Origin: Gordius albopunctatus
Lineage: Eukaryota
Length of the DNA: 64,000 nucleotides
Assembly: GCA_964276515.1 (NCBI GenBank)
Contig: OZ193910.1
Coordinates: forward strand, 2,480,001 to 2,544,000
Direction: 5' to 3'
Positions within the stretch are counted from its first letter, which is position 1. Each line of letters begins with the position of its first letter. The position numbers were made by a program, and so were the translations under genes. The notes below the pieces were generated by a model, which was given only the letters and a program-made list of their open reading frames with translations, searched no databases and was not told the DNA's origin. This document shows, one piece after another, positions 1 to 10,746 of this stretch.

Positions 1-1864
1 AACGACAATAAAGCCGAAATAGTCAAGCAGTGGAAAAATTTAACAAACAAAAATGAAATAAAATCCTTTCTAGGATTAACAGCATACTTTTCAAAGTTCA
101 TTAAGGACTACGCCAAAATCGTGCACCCGATTCAGAAACTAATAAAAAAAAATGTGGTGTACCACTGGGGGGGGGGAGAACAACCAGGCGAATTTTAAGC
201 TATCAAGTCCGCGCTTACGAAAGCCCCGTACTGGCGTACTTTAATGGAGATTGGGAGACTGGCCTGGTCGTTCAGGGGCCATCTTACAGCAACGAGCATC
301 AGGGAAGAATTGGAGGGTGGTGGCCTATGCGTCAAGAGCGTTAAACGATAGCGAAAGCCGGTATTCGACGATCAAACGAGAGGCCCTTGCGGTGGTGTAT
401 GGACTAAAAAAGTTCAATTAATATATAAAAGGACGAAGCGTTACTATTATGACGGATTATAGACCGCTAGTATATATATTTGATCAGAGCAAAAGGGGCA
501 AGGAACAATGGTCACCTCGTCTAACTAGGTGGGCGCTCATGGTGTCAGGCTAAACGACCAAGTTTGAGTACAACAAGGGATCCGAAAACGCGGCAGATTT
601 CTTGTCTAGGAAACCGAACGAACACGCGTATTAGGTTAACAAGGAAATGCCAGACGACTCGATGAATCCGTTTATATCATTGGACTTAGTAAGACAACAC
701 ACCTTCGATGATCCGGGGCTACGTCAATTAAAAGAATGGATGAGAGGTAAACAAAACACAATGGTCACGTGTGGTCTAAAACGCGCCTACGAAAAACACC
801 TGCCAAAGTTGCATGAAGCCAAAAGCATAATATATTACAAAGGGCGACGAATATTAATTCCGGCTAAGTTACGAGGAGCGGTACTGCAAAGACTACATGG
901 GGGCCACGTTGGTATCAAGCGAATGCAAGAAGTGGCGCGGCAGTATATATGGTGGCCTACTCTCGACGAGGACTTATTGAGCGTAGCGAAAGGATGCCGG
1001 AATTGCAATTACACGGCCACGGCGGCGAAGAAGGCACCGTTGATAGAGTGTCAACCTAGCCAAAAACCATGGGTCCAAGTACATATCGATATCATGGGGC
1101 CTCTCAAGGGTAAATCATACCTCGTGATGGTGGACAATAGTTCGAAATGAGTAGAGGTGTTTAAGTTAGAAGACACCACATCGACAACCATCATAAAAAA
1201 ACTTGCCGAGACGTTTGCGAGATTTAGAAATCCATCATGGCTAATATCGGATAATGGCCCACAATTCAAAGGACAGGATTTACAAAACATTTGCAAGATG
1301 AGAGGGATTAATCAGCGATGGACAGCTCCTTACCATCCTGCGTCGAACGGTTTGGCAGAAAGATACGTACGATTAATGAAAGAAGCCATCATGAGGAGTG
1401 AGTCGGAAGTAGGGATAAATAGATTTCTGGAAAACTATAGATCGACTAAACACCCCGCAACCAATAAAAGCCCGGCAGAGATGATGTTAAAAAGGCGTAT
1501 GCGAACCGAATGGGAGGTATTAAGGGAAACCGTACCACAACAATGGGTAGAGACCGGGAACCCACGAATGTTCAACGTAGGAGACTTGGTGTGGGTACGC
1601 ATGTTCCTGGGTCCAAGCAAATGGGTGGAAAGCACGATAAGGGCCAAACACGGAAGTCGTTCCTACGATGTATGGGCACAGGGAAGAAAGCACCACCGAC
1701 ACCTGGATCAAGTAAGGAAACGGAGGCTCCTGGATTGGACCACGCTGGGACAAGAGAACGAGTGGCCACAAAGAATATCATCAGAAAGGAAAGTGGGAAC
1801 AAATGCAAAACAGGGTGACAAGTGCGACAAGGGAACAAAGCCAAAACCAGACAGGAACGCCTAG
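1..1864 (+). mobile_element. Decayed Ty3/Gypsy LTR retrotransposon pol (RT C-terminus, RNase H, integrase), truncated by the window start
   Basis: Broken frames contain SFLGLTAYFSKFIKDYA (RT thumb), VAYASRAL..E.RYSTIKREALAVVYGLKKF (RNase H), H-x3-H...C-x2-C (LHGGHVG...CRNC), HIDIMGP, ISDNGPQF and PYHPASNGLAER (integrase). Several stops and frameshifts. Confidence 0.93.
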
Positions 1865-1872
1865 GGAAGAAC

Positions 1873-2008
1873 TGCTTGCGTGTTGTCGATCAAATTATCG
1901 TTATTTAACTTATATATGCGTTTGTTATATACGGTGATGGTCACTTTTTCGATTATTGTATCCCAGTCCTAATAGTTTATGTGAATAAAGATCCAGCCCT
2001 TCAACACA
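1873..2008 (+). repeat. Putative short or truncated 3' LTR of the Gypsy element
   Basis: Purine tract AGGGAAGAA directly after the pol stop, then TG...AATAAA (1984)...CA. The 5' LTR is outside the window, so this cannot be confirmed. Confidence 0.4.
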
Positions 2009-3037
2009 AATATAATTAATTTAAAATTAATAAATGCTTTTAATTTATTATGGTTAAAATACATATTTTGTGAAGATGAATGAAATAATAAAAGTAAAAT
2101 TTATATTCTCATAGTACTGCACAGATTTGAAAATGGAAAATAGCTATACAAGATTACGTAATTAAATGATAATATAGTTAGTTAGTAGTCTAAAAGGCAT
2201 TTATTTAGTTAAAATAAATGTTATAAATATGAAGATAACATTAATATTAAAAAATTTTTAAGTTTTTATAAAGTCAAGTTATTTAGAAAACCTTTTTTAG
2301 TCTAATTTATGCCGAGGACGCATTTAAACGTTTTTGATATAATAAAAAACTTATTTAGAAATTACAAACTTGCAATTTATTTCATTCTAAAAATACAAAA
2401 TAAAAATTATATAGATTCTGTACTATAATTAGTAAAAATATGACCTTGTTTTACAGTCTAATTAACCTTAGTCTAGGGCCTTTTAATATAAATATTGGCT
2501 GCTACAAGGATTTAATCAGTTTAAAATTAATATTTTTATTGATTTTTAAATTAATTCAAATTGCAATTGCATTTTTAGGTTACATCATTAAGTACATGGT
2601 AAAGGTAGAAAAGATTGCATTAAACATAAACCGTTTTTGATTTGGCGTGAAATTCTATATTATAATTAAATTTATATTAAATTTTGATTACCAACATTAT
2701 TATAATTTAATTTAGAAGCCATCCAAATTTCGTTCCAATCATAATTTAATGGATATTCATTAATAAATAAATAATAATTCGTCTGTTTGGGTGAATGAAT
2801 TAGGGGCCATCACCTTAATTGCAATATAAGTTTATTTATTTATCTTTAATCTACCACCAATAGCAAATCAGGAGGTTTATCAATTTACTTGCTGGCAGCA
2901 TATCCCTAGCTACTTTTTTAAACCTCAGTTAAATTTGTCAATTGTTTGATTATTAAAGTTAAAACTCAAAGCAATGACATTAAATTTATAAATTTATCTC
3001 TTTATCTAATATTTAACTTTCGTTGAAATAATATTTT

Positions 3038-4273
3038 ATGTTTAATTTTTCACTCCAGTTTAAAATGATATACAATATGAACCTCACGTCTTTCCAGTCT
3101 TTACAATTAGTTAAAAGTTGCAATAACTTGACGCACTTGACTGCAAATTACGAAAATATCATATATGGCAAATTATCGCCAATCCTTATAGCGTTGGGCA
3201 TATTTGGTAACGTCTGCAACTACCTGATCTTTTTGGACATGTCAAAAAGTTTAAGTATGGCTTACATGAAATCTGCTTCTTTTGTGGATCTGTTAGTTTG
3301 CATTCTGTACATCTGCTACCCAATAACAAATCGTGCGAACCGATTAAATTGGACACTGGCCACGGCCTATGGACACGAATGGTTTAGGATCAAGATTCAC
3401 CTTACCTTCTTGAATTCCTTAATGAAAACTTCGACACTCATTTTGGTGTTAGTTTGCTTAGAACGATACTTTTACCTTTACAAAATAAGCACATATATTA
3501 AATGGTGTGGAGATAAGTCAATAAGGACCCTGCCTTGGTTTTGTTTTCTCCTTTCACTGGCATTAAACGTCTCCACAGCTTTTAATTACAACATAATTCC
3601 CTGCTACGACGTCTTCAAGCAGATCTACAAACATCAATTTATCGTTAAATATCACAGAAAATGGGTGTTCGTTTATAGCATGTTCCTAGAGCTTGTACAA
3701 ACCGTTGTCCCATGCCTTATCATATTTTACGTCAACATAAAGCTTTTCAAAACCTTTCGAAAGTATTATTTTAATAATTCCATTTCATCCACGAGCTTAC
3801 GAATCAAAGACCAAAATGTTGAGATAAAAAGCGCAACTATTAGGTTGCCACAAAGTAGGATAAACGCTATTAATTATCATAGCAATATGACAGCAAGGAA
3901 TGTTATTTTCTCGCGCAGTATCCGAAGTTCTAAACAAGATACGGAATTGAATGGTTCTTGCATTAGATATTTTCCGGATAGAGTGGGCAAAGATAAGCGC
4001 ATTTTACTGCTGCTGTTCTCTTTCGTCCTTTCTTACGTCGTTTTTATCTTACCCATATCAGCTATGGCTGTGCTCCACCTTTTCCCTTGGTGGACTATTT
4101 GTGAGAAACCTCCATGTGTTACACGCCTGTTAACCTACATATTTAACAATTTTGAACTTTGCAATCACAGCCTGAATTTCTATCTCTACCTTCTCGTGGA
4201 TCCAAAATTCAGGAAAAAGTTTATACAACTTATATCGTGCTTTACTTTTCGCAATCTCGGGATATTTTCTTAA
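3038..4273 (+). CDS. Intronless rhodopsin-class 7TM GPCR, FMRFamide/myosuppressin/sex-peptide-receptor-like
   Basis: 411-aa ORF with seven hydrophobic segments, GIFGNVCN (TM1), D in TM2, CLERY (DRY equivalent), NHSLNFYLY..D.KFR (TM7/helix 8) and N-terminal N-x-T sequons. True start may be the ATG at 3065 or 3077. Confidence 0.88.
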   Translation: MFNFSLQFKMIYNMNLTSFQSLQLVKSCNNLTHLTANYENIIYGKLSPILIALGIFGNVCNYLIFLDMSKSLSMAYMKSASFVDLLVCILYICYPITNRANRLNWTLATAYGHEWFRIKIHLTFLNSLMKTSTLILVLVCLERYFYLYKISTYIKWCGDKSIRTLPWFCFLLSLALNVSTAFNYNIIPCYDVFKQIYKHQFIVKYHRKWVFVYSMFLELVQTVVPCLIIFYVNIKLFKTFRKYYFNNSISSTSLRIKDQNVEIKSATIRLPQSRINAINYHSNMTARNVIFSRSIRSSKQDTELNGSCIRYFPDRVGKDKRILLLLFSFVLSYVVFILPISAMAVLHLFPWWTICEKPPCVTRLLTYIFNNFELCNHSLNFYLYLLVDPKFRKKFIQLISCFTFRNLGIFS

Positions 4274-5687
4274 ATAAGTTTTGCCCTCCCCCTGTTTTAG
4301 TGTTTCATATCGTATGATGCAATTTTTTAATCAACAATCATTAGAATATTTTAAATTTAATTATTTTAAATATGTAATGACTCTATCGAACACAAATTTA
4401 ATTCTAGGGATGTTTAAAAAATGACCAAAGAGATACATTTAGTTTCTTAAAGGTGTGTCATGACAATTTGAGTAATTTTTATGTATATGTATTTGTTTTG
4501 GATTCATTTAATGTTAAGGATGAATTACATGTATCAACTTTTGGAACAAGGAGTTATATAAATAAATTCAACATATGATTCTTGGGCTATGAAAAATTAT
4601 ACAATGAATTTTGTCTGACATATATTATTCAGCCTATTGAATATTTCTTAAGAAAACTCATAATTAAAATCTTTTGGAGCTTACTTATAGTGGACGAACT
4701 GCTTATGTTACATTAAACGTGATTTTTATGGGATAATTCAATTGAAGCATAAATTTATATTTTTATTATTTTTAATTAGTGTAATATATTTGTGACATCC
4801 CCACAAATTATTCATTTTACTAGTTATTAAGATAACAACTATTTGGGTTTATATTAAATTCTAAACAAGTGAATCTCAATATTTTACCTTATAATCTTTT
4901 GTAAGTTTGCTAACTTTAAAAGAAAGTTATATTGAATAATATAAAAGGTCGGACTTATAAAAAAACATACAAAAATACAATATATAATGCATCCCGAAAG
5001 CATCAAATTTATGATCCACCAAAAATGGCCAGCTATGGACGAGAAATTAAAAACAACTTTATACCAATTTTTGTTTCAAAAATATTTGTAAATGTTTTAA
5101 GACCAGATAGTGTCTGCCGATTCCTTTAATAGTCAAAATTGGAGAATTTCTGACCTTGTTTGCTTTCGCTTCCAGATGCACCTGGGGATCCTGTTTTACC
5201 AGGAGGTCACATGGTTATATGTGTTTTTATCCAAATGTTAGCCTAAATAGTCTTGTAAATTTGATTTTCAACCGAGAGCCGACTAGGCATTTTAAATTTA
5301 AAGTGCATCTGTAATATGGTTCATTAATTTTTAAGTTTTTATTTGAAAATTTAATTTTATATACGGAGCTATGGACATTTATTATTTTCTAACTTCATGC
5401 ACGGGTCATACCGAACTCGACACATGAATTTAGATTGTCTTAAAGTCTGTGCCAAAATCGGGCCTTAAAGTTTAATTATTTTAAAATTTGGGCTCATGCC
5501 TGGCCCTAAAAAGGTATTTCCTAGCATATAAAATCATTTATTCTCATCATTTTAGCTTGATTAAAAAACCCATATATTTGCTGAGATGAACAAATGTGTA
5601 AAAACACAAACACCGCCGGTGTTGTAGGAGTTTCTATTCTTGATTATAGATGCAAAACAAAAATCTAATATACCACCTGTTTATGGT

Positions 5688-6800
5688 TGAAAGGTTGTGA
5701 GATAACGTGTGTAAACGTTTAGATTTAGTTATATATATTTTTTCAAATTTCTATGTTCCTTGCGGAGTTATGTTCATTGCGTAATTCAAATATTATATTT
5801 TTGTTGTATCGTGTCACGTTTTTTGGGCAGAAAAAGAGATGTACAAATTACGTTGAGATGTATAAATTCCTTCTTCCATAGTAAATAAATCACCCTTCTT
5901 TCTTAACATTTGGCGTCCTTGGACTAGGATTTGAACTTATATGGAATCGTATAAATTAGAAGATTCGGTCCACTGTTATATACTGCAGTCCGATACATTA
6001 TAAGTGACAGTCCGGTGCCCAGAAGACAAGCAAGCTGCTTTATCTACTGAAGCTTTCCGGAAGGTGGCAGAAGATGTCATCCCAGACAACCAAACAAAAT
6101 GGGCTTTCGAAGAATTAAATAGAAGGCTGATAAAGTTATTAAAAGGGAAAATTGTTCTCTGGCGCAAGATTTATTCTTGGAAATATTCGCGAGGTACAGA
6201 GAGAGCTTGAAATGTAATTCGTGCGCAGTCTCTAGGCCGCAGCAAAGGATAGCAACTTTGGAATCAGGGAGTTAGACAAAAGACTTATGGATCAATATAT
6301 TCTGGGATTGCAGAACTCAACGGTACAAGCCAGGTTGATGGCTGAACCTTAAATGGGACAAGGTCTTCGAGATAGCACCATGAATGGAAGCTATCGAGAA
6401 AGGGCTAAGAACGGTGCACCGACATGCCGACAAAGCATTCGCGGTGGACGTCAAGAGCAAGCTGTAGCTTGACCAGTTCACCTATGAATTAAGTCTATCG
6501 ATTTCTATATTAATAATAATTTGAATCAATTTTTATTGGACACGGGATCCTCCGCAATGATTGTGCGAGTAAGCTTCAGACCTCATGCCCCAGGCTATTT
6601 AAAGCACTATACTTGTGGGACAAGGGAAAGCGTTTAAGTTTGAAAGGTTGTGATATAACGTGTGTGTAGCATTTTTGATTTAATTATATACATTTATTTA
6701 TATTTCTATGTTCCTTGCAGGGTTATGTTTTTTTCCAGAATTAGAAATGTAAAAATTGTGCTGTGATGTCATATAAATTCGTTCTTTCCTAATACAATCA
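5688..6800 (+). mobile_element. Small degenerate non-autonomous LTR element (TRIM-like)
   Basis: Diverged direct repeats starting TGAAAGGTTGTGA at 5688 and 6641. First copy ends TTAACA (5908) and is followed by PBS-like TGGCGTCCTTGGACTAGGATTTGAAC (5911-5936). Purine-rich tract at about 6617-6630 precedes the second copy. Confidence 0.45.
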
Positions 6801-6913
6801 TTATTATTTCTAATGGTAATTAGTGGTATAAAACAATATAAGTCTAAGAATAGCACTTTACTATTACTAAAAATTCGTGAATGTTTGTAAACCATATGAT
6901 AGCGACAATTTGA

Positions 6914-7598
6914 ATGATATCAAAATTGCATATTACAAAGAGATTTCAAATATTTGGTCGCAACATAGGACAAATGTCGGCAAACAGTATATATGATTTC
7001 AAAGTTAAAAACATAGATGGGGATCTGGTATCGCTAGATAAATATAAGTACATTCTTTCAATGTTTAAATATAAAATTACAGAGGAAAAGTGCTTATTAT
7101 TGCAAATGTTGCCTCCAAATGTGGGTTTACTGATTCAAACTATAAAGAATTTCAACAATTATACTTTCGATATGCTGATAAGGGCTTTAATATATTAGCA
7201 TTCCCTTGTAATCAATTTGGAAATCAAGTATAAATGCTGAAACAAGTGATATATTTTTAGGAAGGTGGAGATGAGTGTGAAATTAAAAAATTTGCTGCTA
7301 AATATGATGCTGGTTTTGATCTTTTCTCTAAAATAGATGTCAATGGGGCCAGAGCTGATCCATTGTTTCAATATCTCAAGAAAGTTCAAGGTGGAACATT
7401 GATTGAGTAATAAAGATTTTTTTACTAAAATGTAATTTAGTGCAATAAAATGGAACTTTACAAAATTTTTAATTAATCGGGATGGTATACCAGTTGCTCG
7501 GTATGCTCCAACCACTGAACCCTTGGTAATTAATATATTTTTATGCATTACCATTCATCTAGGCAATAGCTAAGGATATTGAAAAGCTGCTTAATTGA
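6914..7598 (+). CDS. Cys-type phospholipid-hydroperoxide glutathione peroxidase (GPx4-like); exons 6914-7047, 7083-7227, 7261-7406, 7441-7525, 7563-7598
   Basis: Spliced translation gives [60 protein letters not shown]. All four introns are GT-AG and restore the frame. AATAAA at about 7665. Confidence 0.93.
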
Positions 7599-8389
7599 TT
7601 CATAAATCATGTTTCTCTACAAAATCATCACTAAATGTCATTTAAATTGTTAATTAATTGCACCAATAAATGTATTTATTATTTGAGCTTTTATATGGAT
7701 CTGTATATTTTATAGAAATTTCCCTTGTTATACTGTTACAAGCTATTAAAATCCATTATATGTATTTTTTTATAATTAAGATCACCAATACATTTCTTAT
7801 TATGTGTAGACACTTATTTAACTAGGAAAGCCCGAACTATAGTTACTCTAAAAATCAGAAAGGTCTAGAAAAAATATTTAAAACAATTCTCGTGTACCTT
7901 TTTCCCAAAAATTTTCTTGTTCACAATGTTTATAAGGACAAAAAGTGTTATAACATCCCAATTAATAGTTTTTTTATATGTGGGTCTCAAAAAAATTTGT
8001 ATAGCTTTAAAAAATTCTAGGGTAATGGGGTCCTTCAAGGGAGGCTAAGGTGTCATCAGTAAAAGTACAAATAACTTAAATTCATATGTATTAATAGCTA
8101 AAATATGGAAAGTTTAAGGGTTTATAAAATTTTATATGGTAACTTATAATAAGGTAAATGTGAATTTAAATTTGTTTCTTCAACTAGAGACAGACATTAT
8201 TTTTAAAGTTTACCTCAAGAGTACTTATGAAAATCTCATCCTGGGCAGATTTAACCCCATTCTTAAATTTATCATAATTTTAACACCAACATAGGAACAC
8301 TTTCCAAATTTTGAATCTAAGTTTATAGCCTCTTATAGGTCATTGGGAAAAAATAATTTGTATAAATAATAGTTTAAAAATTATATGGA

Positions 8390-8519
8390 CATGGGCTTAG
8401 CCAGGGGGGACGGCCCCCCCTGAATGACTGGAAAAAAAATTTCAATGCAAAACCCTTAAAAATTAAAAAATTGTATGTTTTGCCCCTCCCCTCTAATTCA
8501 AAACTTGGCTATGCCTATG
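8390..8519. mobile_element. Short MITE, CATGGGCGTAGCC-TIR family
   Basis: Imperfect TIRs CATGGGCTTAGCCA / TGGCTATGCCTATG; internal TTTGCCCCTCCC...CTCTAATTC shared with many other copies in the window. Confidence 0.7.
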
Positions 8520-9867
8520 TATGTATATCGAAATTACTAAATCGTAGGAAAAATTATAAAAAAAACAAAATGTGATGTCTTATTTTTGTCAAGGACACCA
8601 ATCAGCTAATAAAAATTTTAAAATGCAAATGATTTTTATTAAAAGAAGGTTTAAAAAATATAAAAAGCATGCATTAATAATAAAATTGATAATGAAAATA
8701 ATAGAAGTATATAAAAAATGTTAAGCTTATTATTACTAACTTCAAAAAGACCCTTTGGCTGAAAGCCTGCATATAATTCTAAGTTATATGCAAATAAATT
8801 TCGAGGTCATATTTGTTATGCTTGTCTAAAATATATTTCCTATAGGCCTGATAGAACAATCAACAGCTTATTACAAAAAATTACTAAAAATAGCCCCACA
8901 AACGTTTAAATAACCTAAAATTAAAAATATAATAACAATTTTAAATGTATAACTATTTAAATTACTTTTTTAAATATAAGATAAAAAAGTTTTGAAAATG
9001 TTTAAAAAAACCTTCTTAACTGACCTTATGGAGTATATGGAACCCGAAACGCTTATATCAAAAATTATTGGGGCAGAACTAGAGGTGTGCACGGATCAAT
9101 CCGATCCGTCCAAACTCGGATCGGATCAACATTTTATTTTAGTCGGATCGGATTTTAAAATTTAAAATAAACAATAATAAGTTCTAATTAATTAAATTAA
9201 TGATTTTTAGTATACCTTTTCATAATTATCTTTGCATTCTTTTTTTATTTTACCATTTTTAATGCCCAATACCACATCTCACCTTACTTACCCTAACATA
9301 TTTATCAGTATTTCCCTAGCTAGACTTTCTTGATTGGCGAGAAAGGAGTTCGTCTCGTCTCGAGGTCAAAATTCTCGCATCGACTCAAATTTTCAAAATC
9401 TCGTGAGACCGAGATTTTTCTCGGTTTTTCCGCATCACTACACATTTGTTCATCATCTCTCCCTCCTTAATAGATCCTTATCTTTCCCATTAAACATGTC
9501 ATTTTCTTAACAAATACTGGACGATATACTGGGTCGTCGCGCTAGTTGTGGTTATAATTTTTAATCTTAAACTATTCCACCTCCTGGCGAAATATCGTCA
9601 GTCCGTTATTACTGGTCTTAGCCACGCCATTGATCTGGCCTTGATCGTGCAATCGAACGCTTAGCTTGGAACGTTCACTAAGGTCTATAGGCTTGGGGGT
9701 TACTGTGAAATGTGAAAGGTTATATCCGGCGTTCTCACTGTAAGCTCATGCTAAACGTTGATAAAGGGTTCCTAGCCGGAGATAGTGACGTCAGCACCAC
9801 CTCCAAGTGCATTTCACGCACGTTTTAATGTTTATCTATATAAGGTATAGATCAGAACACATTTAAA

Positions 9868-10063
9868 TTGGTGTAGTGGGTACAGCTTTAGTCTTTGACG
9901 CAAGAGCTCGCAAGTTCAATCCCGCCTCTGACACTTATTTCAAAAGATTAAAAATCACATCGTCACCACGGCTGTCAGTCCTGGATAGCCGAGCATCACC
10001 CCTTATCCAAATATTTAAATAAGCTGACCACCTAAGGGTGAAAAACAGCTATTTGAAACAACA
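9868..10063 (+). mobile_element. tRNA-derived SINE, copy 1
   Basis: A-box-like TGGTGTAGTGG and B-box-like AGTTCAATCC, followed by a non-tRNA body shared with 47223-47420. Confidence 0.7.
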
Positions 10064-10746
10064 TAAAACTATTAACCCGCACAACATAATTTGTTCAACC
10101 TGAAAATTTTTTGTATTAATGTCAACGCGTATTTACTTTAATAAATTTTAAAGCCTGTATCTTCTACTGGCCTCCCACATAGGATTTTCACAAAGGGTTG
10201 CGGGCTGACAATTTCAATTTATTTAACGAATTTTTATCTAATATATAATGAAGAAAAGCCAGCCGGGCCAAGCTATTATCGTAAAATTAGATATTTTGGC
10301 CAGCCCGGGTGGACACCTTAACAAGATTCGAACAATTCAGGCCTAATAAGATTATTTATATAGTGTATTACATTGTTTTGTAAATTATTTTGTCACTTTT
10401 CTATTGTATAATATCTATTAATCAAGTTTCTCACCTAAAAGAACGAGAAATAAATTTATAATCTTTCAAATAAAGAAATTATGTTAACAATTTTTAAAAT
10501 CATTATTTCGCATCTAGCAGTTCGGGTAGCTTTAATAATAATTCGGACATAGCCTGGGGGGACTCTTGGAAGGGTGTAAGCAGACCCGGGCGGGAAATTT
10601 AAGTATAAAATCGGACCGGGCCAGGATAAGGCAAATATTTCAACAAATCTGACTTCTAAAAAATAAGAGTTCTGTGTATAAAATATAAAACGTTATAAAA
10701 AGAACCAGGGGCGTACGTTTGCCTATTTTGGGGTATTGTTTTTACT

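Noticed and set aside
1141..1160. Programmed stop readthrough in Gypsy pol (TGA at 1148-1150) or in the RTE ORF
   Set aside because: The stops replace conserved Trp/Arg-type codons and co-occur with frameshifts, consistent with ordinary decay.
3951..4133. 60-aa alternative-frame ORF also present at 26776-26958
   Set aside because: Explained by nucleotide similarity of the GPCR paralogues; no independent evidence of coding.
7599..7700. Selenoprotein GPx with a SECIS element
   Set aside because: The active-site codon is TGT, not TGA, and the short AT-rich 3' region shows no SECIS-like stem.
9868..9935. Possible tRNA gene
   Set aside because: No convincing acceptor stem or cloverleaf, and it continues into a body shared with a dispersed copy, so it is a SINE head.
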